Shown here piece after piece: positions 10,114-20,862 of a DNA stretch of 64,000 bases. Source of the stretch: Mobula hypostoma (lineage: Eukaryota). Every line of letters begins with the position of its first letter. Positions within the stretch are counted from its first letter, which is position 1. Where the stretch lies: contig NC_086108.1 of the NCBI RefSeq assembly GCF_963921235.1, forward strand, positions 16,492,001 through 16,556,000, in the 5' to 3' direction. Under the pieces are notes generated by a model that was not told the DNA's origin, did not search any database, and worked only from the letters and a program-made list of their open reading frames with translations. The translations under genes and the position numbers were made by a program.

Positions 10114-11864
10114 TCGTTTCCATGGATGCTGTCCGACCTGCTGAGTTGCTCCAGCGTGTTGTGAGTGTTGCTTTGACCCCAGCATCTGCAGAGTATTTTG
10201 TGTTTGTTATCCCTAGAGTCGCAGCTTGTTAGACACCTCATTAACAGCCACTGGACTCAGTGGTGAGAAAACCACCTTTCACAAACTCCACATGTCTAGG
10301 GTTGATACGACTTGGATCCCACCAAAACCCGGAAAGTTGGGATGTCTCAACCACCCAAACCCCGATCTGTGTGAATGCCGTGTAAATATTGCCTCCATGC
10401 AATTAGCTGTCGGCAAGAAATAACAGATTGTGTACTGCAATTGTAAAGAACGTATATATTTACAAATTTCAGCTTTATTGAACAGTTAGTAGGAAAAAGA
10501 AAAGAAAAAAGTAAAAAGAGCCCATTACAGTTAAACCAGTCCAAATATGCACATAAGATGGAGCTCATCTTGATGTACTCTTTAACTCACGTGCTTGACC
10601 CACGGTCTGCGTGAAAGCACACAGCACATTCAAAATGTCGCTTGAAATCCATCTCGAACAAACTGACTCCCTCACAGGAGTATTGGTCCTTCCTTCTTGA
10701 AGCCATTTATCTGCAAAAAGCACCTTGTGCAACAGGGACGCATCCTCAGTCATCTCTCTCCTGTCTTCTCCCAGTTCCCGCCAAAAAGGCCTCAACACAC
10801 ACCAGAGTCCATCACAAAAACCTCTCCACCCACCATTCTCTGGAAACTTCTCCCAATTCCACCATCCTGATTGGTTGACACAACATTCCTAAGTTGAACA
10901 ACATAGCCCCTTATCTTTAGCTCTAGCTCAAACTCAAACATTCTAAAAGCAGAGCAGACTGCTCTTACAGAACTGCTAAAATGAAATACCTACAGCATAG
11001 GAGTAAAAATCTTAACCGGGGCATTCCCTCCCCATGTCAGATATAAACTTGCCCAAGAGCAGCTATTCTCAGTGAAATCTTCCTAGTTCCTGCCTCATGC
11101 TCTTATAATTTGCCCTGCTCCAATTTAATGCACTCCTCCAAGTTCCATCCTTATTCTTAAAATTGAAGGAGTTGTGAATACTGTTCCTTAATGGTTCTCA
11201 TGCTGAAAGGTTAGTCACTCAGCCAGGCTTATTACCCAACACCAGATCCAGTACGATCTGGACTATCTGCAGATAATAATTAAAGGAACTTTCCTGGATG
11301 CATCTGACAAATTCTACCCCATCTAAGGTCCCAGTTGTTTTTACATCTTTCCCTAATTTGCCTGTATGTCTGTTCTTCAATGTCCTTGTAGATATTGCGG
11401 CGGGGGGGGGGGGGCGCGGAATAGAGTGTAGTATTGTTCCATCAGAGTGATTTAAACTTTATTTTTGAATTCTCCCCTTACAATGAGCCTTCTATTATGT
11501 CTCTTCTGTGTGCAGCTGTGATATTGTCCCTGACTCATAACACACCTCCCTCTCGGCACCACTCCTTTTACCTCCTTCTCTATCTTTACTAAAACATTAA
11601 AACCCTGGAACTTTAAGCATACATTGTTGTTAATCTCTTTGTTATGGCCACACCATCTTAGTTTTATATACTGATCCATGTAAGTTTATCACCCTTACCT
11701 GTAATACATCTATCATTACAATACACACACTTCAACCTATACATCACCTTGCTTCTGCCTGTTCATACTGGTCATAACATTGACCTTTCTCTCAATCCCT
11801 TTCTACTGCTCTCATTCCCATCCCTACCAGCCTTGTTTAAACCTTTCTGAATAGCAATGTGGAA

Positions 11865-12250
11865 CAAACCCAGGGGTGACTTTGAGGGATATAGGATTTA
11901 TATATCGAACAACACTAACCCAGGAGTGAGTTTGTGGGATGTAGGATTTATACAGAGAACAACACTAACCCAGGAGTGAGTTTGTGGGATGTGGGATTTA
12001 TACAGAGAGCAGCTCTAACCCAGGAGTGAGGATGTGGGATTTCTACAGAGAACAACACTGACTCAGGAATGAGTTTGTGGGATGTGGGATTTATACAGAG
12101 AATAACACTAACTCAGAAGTGAGTTTGTGGGATGTGGGATTTATACAGAGAAAAATACTAACCCAGGAGGGTGGGTGGCGATGTCAGAGTTGTATAAAGA
12201 ATTAGACAAGCAGGAGATAGAAGTTTAAAGAGATGTGGAATTTTGTACAC
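11865..12250. repeat. Minisatellite with ~50-bp unit
   Basis: Unit AACACTAACCCAGGAGTGAGTTTGTGGGATGTGGGATTTATACAGAGAAC at 11911, 11961, 12011, 12054, 12104 and 12154, with degenerate copies on both sides. Confidence 0.9.
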
Positions 12251-12256
12251 CGAATA

Positions 12257-13359
12257 CAGGTTTCCCCCACCATCCGAAGGTGGATTGTTCCTATGAAACG
12301 GATCGTAAGCCAGAATGTCGTAAAGTGAAGAAGCAATTACCATTTATTTATATGGGAAAAATTTGTGAGTGTTCGCAGACCCAAAAAATGACCTACCAAA
12401 TCATGCCAAATAACACATAAAACCTAAAATAACAGTAACATATAGTAAAAGCAGGAATGATATGGTAAATACACAGCCTATATAAAGTATAAATACTTTT
12501 CAGCAGCACTGTCTAGCACAGCAAAAATCTCGCGGAAGCGCTCTCGGCAGAAACACTCTCTCCAGTAACCTTTAAGCTATGAAGCTGCCAAATCATACCA
12601 AATAACACATAAAAATACACAGCCTATATAAAGTAGAAATAATGTATGTACAATGTAGTATCACTTACTGGAATTGGGAAGACAGCGCCGAGCACACTCA
12701 TGATGGTGTGTTAGGCTGAGTCATCGGAGGTTGGGGTGGTGCAGTGGTCCCCAACTTCCAGGCCGCCGACCGATACAGATCCGCGAAGCATGCAGTGGTG
12801 CAGCGGTAGCCGGGACGCACCCAGCACATCTTTAAGAAAAAAGCCGAAATAAACAAGCTAATTAATTAGGTGCCGCCCAGCACCTCACGTTGGCTACTGC
12901 ATTCGGTTTCTATTGTTATCCTTTCCTCTTCCAATTGCATCAGCTCTTTATCTATCAGTTCTTGGTCATGGGATGCCAAAACATCTTCAACATCATCTTC
13001 GTCAACTTCCACAAGCCAAACTCACTTTGTCCTTACTTCATTCACCACGATCAAAATGCTTAATTATCTCTAGTTTTACGCTAAGTGTAACACCCTTATG
13101 AGCTCTTTTAGGCTTTTCCAATACCTTAGAACTCATCTTGCTAACGGCTGCTCACAGGCATGTGTTTAAGCAATGCTGGCTAGAATGCAGTTCTGGGGGA
13201 GGAGGTTGGCTGCTCGGGGCGCGTGCTGCCTTTTATCGTGCGCTGCCTTTTTTCGAAACAGTGTAAACACCTTCTGTTAGCGAAAACAGGTAACTAATGT
13301 AGGTCTTTTGTAACAGTGAGGTTTCGTAAAGCAAATGTTCGAAAAGCAGGGGACACCTG
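12257..13359. mobile_element. Non-autonomous Tigger/pogo-like DNA transposon
   Basis: TA|CAGGTTTCCCC ... GGGGACACCTG|TA termini. Inserted within a degenerate minisatellite unit. Confidence 0.78.
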
Positions 13360-13879
13360 TAATGCTAACCCCAGAATGAATTTGAGCTTTTGCGGTTTGA
13401 TAAAGTACAACTCTGATATAGAAATGCGATGGAAGATGAAATCAAATTGAGGAAGTTGCAGAACCTTTGTGTATGAAACAACACAACCAAGAACTACATT
13501 AACAAGGGACTGAGTTCAAGGGTTTTGTGAGGTTTACGAATTTGGAACAACATAACTCAGGACTATGTTTGAAAGATCGGTTGTGTTATATACAGAAAAA
13601 CATGAAACCAGTAGTGAGTTCGCATTGAGGTTTTCAGCATGAAATATAGTTGAGGGATTCTCGGGTTTATATATAGAACAAGTGTCACTGAGGCCTGAGT
13701 TCAAGAGATTGATTATATAACATTTACACCAATTCTGGAGTGTTAGGGTGATAGGAGGTGAGGCTCTATATGCAGAATAATCAAGGCTAGCAGTAGTGAG
13801 TGCTGGTTGTTGTTTGGTTGAAACACTCCTTGGTTTCTGTGACCCAGTCTGGGTACTTATGAAACAAGATGTGAAAACT

Positions 13880-14009
13880 TGATAAAGGGTCTCCACCCGA
13901 AATGTCAACTGTTTATTTCCCTCAATAGGTGCTACCTGACTTGCTGAGTTTCTCCAGCATTTTGTGTGTGTTGCTCAAAATTTTCAGTATTTGCAGAATC
14001 ACTTGTATT
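13880..14009 (+). mobile_element. Penelope pseudo-LTR fragment just upstream of the first coding-exon acceptor
   Basis: Degenerate hammerhead (tgataaagggtctccacccgaaatgtc) plus the family tail. TSD TGTGAAAACT / TGTGAAGACT. Confidence 0.7.
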
Positions 14010-14077
14010 TGTGAAGACTGATGTCTGCTTCTTTCTCTCTTCCCTTTGAAGGCTGTACTAGCCCTTTGAACTCAAAC

Positions 14078-14861
14078 ATGGCACAGACACTGCAGCTGGA
14101 GATTCCCAACTTTGGAAACACGTTGTTGGAGTGCCTGAATGAACAGCGATTACAGGGGCTCTACTGCGATACCTCCATTGTGGTGAAGGGACAGACGTTC
14201 AAGGCCCACCGGGCTGTTCTGGCTGCCAACAGCTCCTATTTCCGGGACCTCTTCGCTGGAACTACTCGGGCAGCCTTCGAACTGCCAGCAGCCGTGCAGC
14301 CCCAGAGCTTCCAGAACATTCTGAACTTCTGCTACACTGGGCGGTTGTCCATGAAGGCGGGCGAGCAGTTCATGCTGATGTACACAGCAGGGTTCCTGCA
14401 GATCCAACGCATCGTGGAGAGGGGTACTGAGCTTCTGTCCAAGGTTAGCTCACCCAGGTGTGACTCCCAGGGGCTGAGCGCTGAAGAACCTGGCTGGGAG
14501 CCTCAGAGCTCAGCCCCATCCCTGCCCCTGGCCCTTCCTCTCCCACTCCCGTCCCGGGTCAAAGTGGAGCAGAGCGATGTGGGCTGTGGCCGGGGCAGAC
14601 GAGCTGCCGAGGGGTGCACGGCAAGCAGCTCCAAGTCTGCCCGCCTGACACACGAGGGAGGAAGTGGGCAAGGCTGCACTGCTAATGCACCGTGGGACAA
14701 TGCCAGCCCAGGAGGCAGCAGCCTTCACCCTAGTGACAGTCCCTTCTCCTGTCAGAATGATGAAGAGGAGGAGGGTGAAGAGGAGGGGCTGGAAGACATG
14801 ACCGAGGAACAGTATGTCCAGATGTGCAGCATGTACAACATCATGAGTGTCCCACATGGAG
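14078..14861 (+). CDS. NACC1: NACC1-like (nucleus accumbens-associated protein, BTB-BEN) coding exon 1: BTB/POZ domain plus acidic linker
   Basis: ATG at 14078 gives [31 protein letters not shown]...[10 protein letters not shown]...FCYTGRL...YTAGFLQI, the NAC1-type BTB N-terminus. Polypyrimidine acceptor ...ccctttgaag| at 14051; donor G|GTAAGC after 14861 (phase 1). Family call is secure; exact paralog is less so. Confidence 0.9.
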
Positions 14862-16376
14862 GTAAGCTGACACCAGTCAAAGGGAAGCAGTGATGCTCTC
14901 ATACTGAGGAAGTACTTCCACCCCATTATGACATAGCCCTGCACTATGTGGAGAGTCTGTATGAGAGTGCTATTCCGAAGGAGTGCTGTTCTATTTATTG
15001 TAGAGGCAATAGTGCATTGTCAGGAGATGCTTTTTATTTTTTTGAAATGCTTCCCTTTCAGCAGGCTTGTCTGCGAGACTGCTGTTGTGTTGGGTAATTT
15101 TAAATGAGTTACTGCACTAGTAGAGGGGCCAGATTTCAGATCTGACACACTTGGCTAACAGGCATAGTGATTCCTTTTCAATGTATGGGAAAGATCAGGT
15201 GGCACTGTCAAAAAGGATTATGGGTGTGTTCTTTTGTGTATGGTCAAGGTTTATGCGCTGAAAACTAAGGGAAAAATGACTGAACAGTGTTCACAATAGA
15301 AAGATCTAAATATAAAATCAGAGAGGGAAAGGTCTTTGTTACAAGGCAAGGTTTTCAAATTGTTAAATAGAGTGGATAGGAGCATTAAGGTCATTATAAC
15401 ATACTTAGATTTAACAACTTATCTTTCCTTGTCATATTTCCCAAGAAATCTTTTATCAACAAGATTCAGAATGGACAACAAAGTGTGTGTTTATAACTCT
15501 TATTTTGTGAGGAGAGTTATGAACTTTTACCACCCGAACAACAAGCCCTGATGTTTACACTATGTACCAGCTCTGACTCTCAAATCAACAGAAACAATTT
15601 CTCTTTCTTTTTTCTAATTTCCCAATCTTTTCCTTTAATGTGTTGAAAATTTCAATTAAATAATTTTCTAAATTTCAAGGAGTATGACGTTAGATGCTGT
15701 GATCTTTGGCCACAATTAGTCCCTTAGAGTACAGTATTCATTCTGGTAAATTTGTCTTGCATCACCGAAGTCTGTAGTGTTACCGTTGTGGTCCAGGTTC
15801 ATGGGTGTCATTAGCATAATTTATATCCTTCTGTGTTCTATTCCCTCAAGATATAAAACCACCAGTCTAATAGTCTTCTTGACTACCTTCTGTATTATTT
15901 GTGACATTTTACTGATCAGGTCTCTGAGCTCTACCAATTTTGGTTTTCACCATTTAGTAAGTACTGTATTCTATCCTTTTTAGGTGCAAAATGAACAATC
16001 TCATGTTTATATGCACTAATTTAATTTACCACACTTCCTGTATATATAAACATATAAATGATTGCTTTGTTGCCTACCTTTGTGATGTTGATAAAATCAA
16101 GTAACTAGTTTTTCATCATCATTGTTAACTAGTTCACACTGCAAAGCAATGATTTGGAAATAGAAGATATGGGAAAAGAACATAGAAGATGGTGAACACA
16201 TACATGAACTGAGATTATTTAATAGGCTAAAAGAAACAAAGTTGTGTAGCAAAAAATAGTTCACACTGATAATGTAAATGGCCCCATGAGAGATGGTACA
16301 TCTTTTAATAAGATGACCTGTGATTATGAAATGCATTGTGTGTTTCTCAGATGTGTTTTGTTTCTTACCCTTTCAG

Positions 16377-16550
16377 CAACTCCAGAGCGGGTGGAAGCTC
16401 TGCCTGATCACATTGATGGGCGTTCCAGGATGAGGATACGGCATGACCTGGCAGTGTTGCCTGCTGACCTCATCAATCAGATTGGACATCGCTGCCACCC
16501 CAAGCTGTATGTGGAGGGAGACCCTTCAGAGAAACTCGAGCTTGTGACCG
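16377..16550 (+). CDS. NACC1: NACC1-like coding exon 2
   Basis: tttcag| acceptor, G|GTGAGC donor, 174 nt, phase 1-1. Encodes [12 protein letters not shown]...[37 protein letters not shown]. Confidence 0.92.
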
Positions 16551-17133
16551 GTGAGCAGCAGAGTCCAAGACCATATTGTGTTGTTTTCGTGATCCTCAGA
16601 CCAAGGGGTGGGGGGGAGCAAATCAAAAAATAGGAGAGCAAGTCTTCATCAACAATGCAAGGGACGGTGACCCCAGGTCCAACAGTGCTCAGCCTAAATA
16701 AACGGAGTTGAAGCATTCTCTTCCAGTAAGTGCCAAGTGGATAGATCAGGCCCATGTATTTAAAGCCACAGAACATAAGAAGTAGGAGCAGGAGTAGGTC
16801 ATCCGGCCCATCGAGCCTGCTCCGCCATTCAATAGATCATGGCTGATCTGTCCGTAAACTCAGCTCCATCTACCTGCCTTTTCCCCATAACCCTTAATTC
16901 CCCTAGTATGTAAAAATCTATCTAACTGTATCTTAAATATATTTAATGAAGAAGCCTCAACTGCTTCCCTGGGCAGAGAGTTCCACAGATTCACCACTTT
17001 CTGGGAAAAACAGTTTCTCCCCATCTCCATCCAAAATCTTCTCCCCTGAATCTTGAGGCAATGTCCCCTAGTTCTAGTCTCACCTACCAATGGAAACAAC
17101 TTTCCTACGTCTATCTTATCTATCCCTTTCAAA

Positions 17134-17765
17134 GTTATTTTATTTATTTTTTTTAGATTATGAGAACACTCAGTCCTCTTTTATTGTCATTTAGAAATGC
17201 ATACATGCATTAAGAAATGATACAATGTTTCTCTGGAGTGATATCACAGAAAACAAGACAGACCAAAGACTAATACTGACAGAACCACATAATTATAACA
17301 TATAGTTACAGCAGTGCAAAGCAATACCATAATTTGATAAAGAACAGACCATAGGCACAGTAAAAAAAAAATAGTCTCAAAGTCCCGAGTCGATCGACTC
17401 CTCAGTCCCCGATAGCAGGTGACAAAAGGGAGAAACTCCCTGCCATAAACCTCCAGGCGCCGATAACGTGCCGATACCTTGGAAGCAGCCGACCCTGAGT
17501 CCATCCGTCCGAAAACTCCGAGCTTCCGAGCAGCCTCTCCGATACAGCCTCCGGAGTGTCATCCTCTGCCGAGCGCCTTCGACCACGCAAAGCCGAGGAT
17601 TTCGAGGCCTTCAGCTCCAGAGATTCCGGTTACCACACAGTAGCAGCAGTAGTAAAGCAGACATTTCAGAAGTTTTCCAGATGTTCCACTGTGCTCTCAA
17701 GTCTGTCTCCATCAAATCAGGATTGTGCATGGTCCCCTACTTGACAGATAACAGATACAAAACAT
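17134..17765 (-). mobile_element. Unclassified non-LTR-type insertion within the CR1; second partial copy at about 48689-48930
   Basis: T-rich end followed by TTAGATTATGAGAACACTCAGTCC..., nearly identical to 48689-48930. It interrupts contiguous CR1 sequence. Confidence 0.6.
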
Positions 17766-18987
17766 ATTTTGTATGTTTCTTCTGAATTCCAGAGAGTATA
17801 GTCCCAGACAACTCAGTCTGTCCTCATAGGCTGACCCCTTCATCCCTGGAATCAACCTGGTGAACCTCCTCTGCACTACCTCCAAAGTCAGTATACCCTT
17901 CCTCAAGTATGGAGACCGGAACTGCACACAGTACTCCAGGTGTGGCCTTACCAGTACCCTGTATAGTTGCAGCATGACCTCCCTGCTCTTGAATTCAATC
18001 CCTCTAGCAATGATGGCCAACATTCCGTTTGCCTTCTTAATAACCTGTTGTACCTGCAAGCCAACCTTTTGCGATTCATGAACAAGTACTCCCAAGTCCC
18101 TCTGCACAACAGCATGCTGGAATCTTTCACCATTTAAATAATAATCTGCTCTTCTATTACTCCTTCTAAAGTGGATGATCTCACCTTTATTCCATCTTGT
18201 ATTCCATCTGCCAGACCTTGGCCCACTCATTTAACCAATCTATATCCCTCTGCAGACTCTTCACATCCTCTGTACAATTTGCATTTCCACTCAGTTTAGT
18301 GTCATCAGCAAATTTTGCTACACTACACTCAGTCCCCTCTTCTCAATTATCAATGTAAATGGTAAACAGCTATGGGCCCAGCACCGACCCCTGTGGCACC
18401 TCACTCACCACTGACTGCCAACTGGAGAAACACCCATTTATACCAACTCTCTGCCTTCTATTGGTTAACAAATCCACTATCCATGCCAATACACTTCCTC
18501 TGACTCCGTGCATCCGTATCTTATTTATAAGTCTCTTGTGCAGCACCTTATCAAACGCCTTCTGGAAATCCAATTGTACGACATCCATCTGTTCCCCTCT
18601 ATCCACTGCACTCATTATGTCCTCAGAGAACTCCAGTAAGTTTGACAACCCTTTCTGAATCCATACTGCATCTGTCTAATGGAACCACTCCTTTCTAAAA
18701 GTTTCACTATTTCTTCCTTAATGACAGCTTCAGACATTTTCCCGACTACAGATGTTAAGCTAACTGGCTTATCGTTGCCTGTTTTTTGCCTACATCCTTT
18801 TTTAAAAAGTGGCGTGACATTTGCTGTCTTCCAATCCGCCAGGACCTGCCCAGAGTCCAGAGAGTTTTGATAAATCATTACCAAAGCGTCTACTATAGCC
18901 TCCGCAAATTCCTTCTGCATCCCATCAGGACCAGGGGACTTATCTACCTTAAGGCCCTCTAGTTTGCTCATCACTATCTCTTTAGTT

Positions 18988-19186
18988 AGCCGGCTGGTGG
19001 TGTAGTGGCATCAGCGCTGGACTTCAGAGCGAAGGCTCCCTTGCACGCTTTCCATCCGTGCTGGGTTGAGCATCAAGCTAGCAACTCGGCCTCGTAAAAA
19101 TAAGAAAGCCTGCTAAAAAAACACCATCATGATGGTGTCCCGATGACTCCACTCAGAGTTAAGGGCTTTCTTCTTCTTCTTCTTCG
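18988..19186 (+). mobile_element. tRNA-derived SINE with (CTT)n tail
   Basis: A-box-like TGGTGTAGTGG head, CTT-repeat tail, TSD ATCTCT(T/C)TAGTT-like at 18976-18987 and 19187-19198. Confidence 0.75.
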
Positions 19187-19869
19187 ATCTCTTCAGTTTC
19201 AGTGATTTTTATCAAGGTCCTCTCCACCCATTTCATCGATAACATCCTTCTTTGGCATATTAGATGGATCTTCCACCGTGAAGACCGACACAGAACAGTT
19301 GTTCAATGCCTCAGCCATTTGCTTATCACCCAATATCAATTTCCCCTTATCGTCTTCCAAGGGACCTACATTGACTTTAGCCACCCTCTTTCGCTTTATA
19401 TATTTATAAACTTTTGCTATCTGTTTTTATATTTTGTGCTAATTTACTTTCATACTCTATCTTCCTTTCCTTATTTCTTGTTTAGTTGTTCTCTGTTGCT
19501 TTTTAAAGTTTTCCCAATCCTCCAGTCTCCCACTTCTCTTTGCGACTTTGTACATGAGCTTTTAATTTGATACTATCTTTTATTTCCTTAGTTATCCAAG
19601 GCTGGCTCTCCCCACACTTACTGTCCTTACTTTTGACTAGAATATACTTTTGTTGAGCACTGTGAAAAATCTCTTTGAAAGTATTCCATTGTTCCTCAAC
19701 TGTCCTACCAAATGCCTGTGCTCCCAATCCACATTAGCCAACTCCTCCCTCATCCCATCGTAGTCTTCCCTTGTTCAAGCATAATGCACTCGTTTTAGAT
19801 CTACAAACCCCATTTCCAGAAAAGTTGGGATATTTTCCAAAATGCAATAAAAACAAAAATCTGTGATAT

Positions 19870-20157
19870 TGTGGCGACCTACTTTCTAGCACACACGAAC
19901 CGGCCCACGAAATAGCGCGCACCGGCAGAGAGGCCGGCCCCAAAAAGGGCGCCAGGCCTTCTTCACCGGTAGGGTGAAAATCCCGCACGCGGAAAGGGTC
20001 TGGGAATATGCATTCTCCACAGCAGTCCTGCCCAGGGAGGGCGGAAACGGTAAGGCTTTAAAGGAGGCCGCGAAGTTTGAATAAATCTCTTTTATCGCAA
20101 CTCCAACTCACCGACTACATGTCGTTATTCTAGCGCTCTGTGTAGCACACCGCTACA
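19870..20157 (+). mobile_element. Solo LTR (Gypsy-type, 288 bp) inside the left Tc1 TIR
   Basis: TGTGGCG...CGCTACA termini, internal AATAAA, 4-bp TSD ATAT. Removing it restores the match to the right TIR. Confidence 0.85.
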
Positions 20158-20862
20158 ATATATTAATTCATGTGAAGCTTTATTTAACTGACAGAAGTAC
20201 AAAGAAAAGATTTTCAATAGTTTTACTGACCAACTTAATTGTATTTTGTAAACATACACAAATTTAGAATTTGATGGCTGCAACACACTCAACAAAAGTT
20301 GGGACAGAGGCATGTTTACCATTGTGTTACATCACCTTTCCTTTTAATAACACTTTTTAATCGGTTTGGAACTGAGGATACTAATTGTAGTTGATTTGCA
20401 ATTGGAAATTTTGTCCATTCTTGCTTGATATAAGACTTCAGCTGCTCAACAGTCCGTGGTCTCCGTTGTCTGATTCTCCTCTTCATGATGCGCCATACAT
20501 TTTCTTTCTTTCTTTTTAAATCTTTTTATTGAGTAAGTATACAAAAAAGGTAAGCCATATAAACATTAATACAATGTTAAAGTATAATAAAATTCCAAAA
20601 GATAACAATACCAAAAAGAAAATACTACAAACAATGTAATTTAAGCATAAGAAACCAAGATAACATAATAGTATACTAGATTTTATATATATCAATGGAA
20701 AAAAAGAAAAAAAAACCCCCCAAAAAAAAACCCACCGTGCAACTAACTAAAAGCAAAGCAAAGCAATGGGCTAACTTGAAACCAAACAGAGTTAAACTTA
20801 AAATCACGTCCTCAATCCCGACCTCCATTAAAACAGTGAAAAAAAAACAAGAAGGGTAAATA

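Larger units (their letters stand above)
8668..10208. mobile_element. Penelope-like element: truncated + copy with an inverted partial copy at its 5' side
   Basis: ORF 9253-9816 has a GIY-YIG endonuclease (FTCESVGVIYCIRRSRCGLLYISETRRRLEDHFVEHLRSV). 8668-~9263 is the reverse complement of the 3' part. About 15-bp TSD ATCCGTAGAGTTGCA / ATCCCTAGAGTCGCA. Confidence 0.9.

Noticed and set aside
11865..12250. CRISPR-like array
   Set aside because: The units are contiguous tandem repeats with no unique spacers, there are no cas genes, and the context is vertebrate.
14021..14893. 290-aa single-exon ORF as a complete gene
   Set aside because: It is coding exon 1 plus intronic read-through. A strong donor at 14862 and the downstream BEN exons explain it.
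16341..16376. Alternative upstream acceptor (ttctcag at 16350)
   Set aside because: It adds 26 nt and shifts the frame; no support from the sequence.
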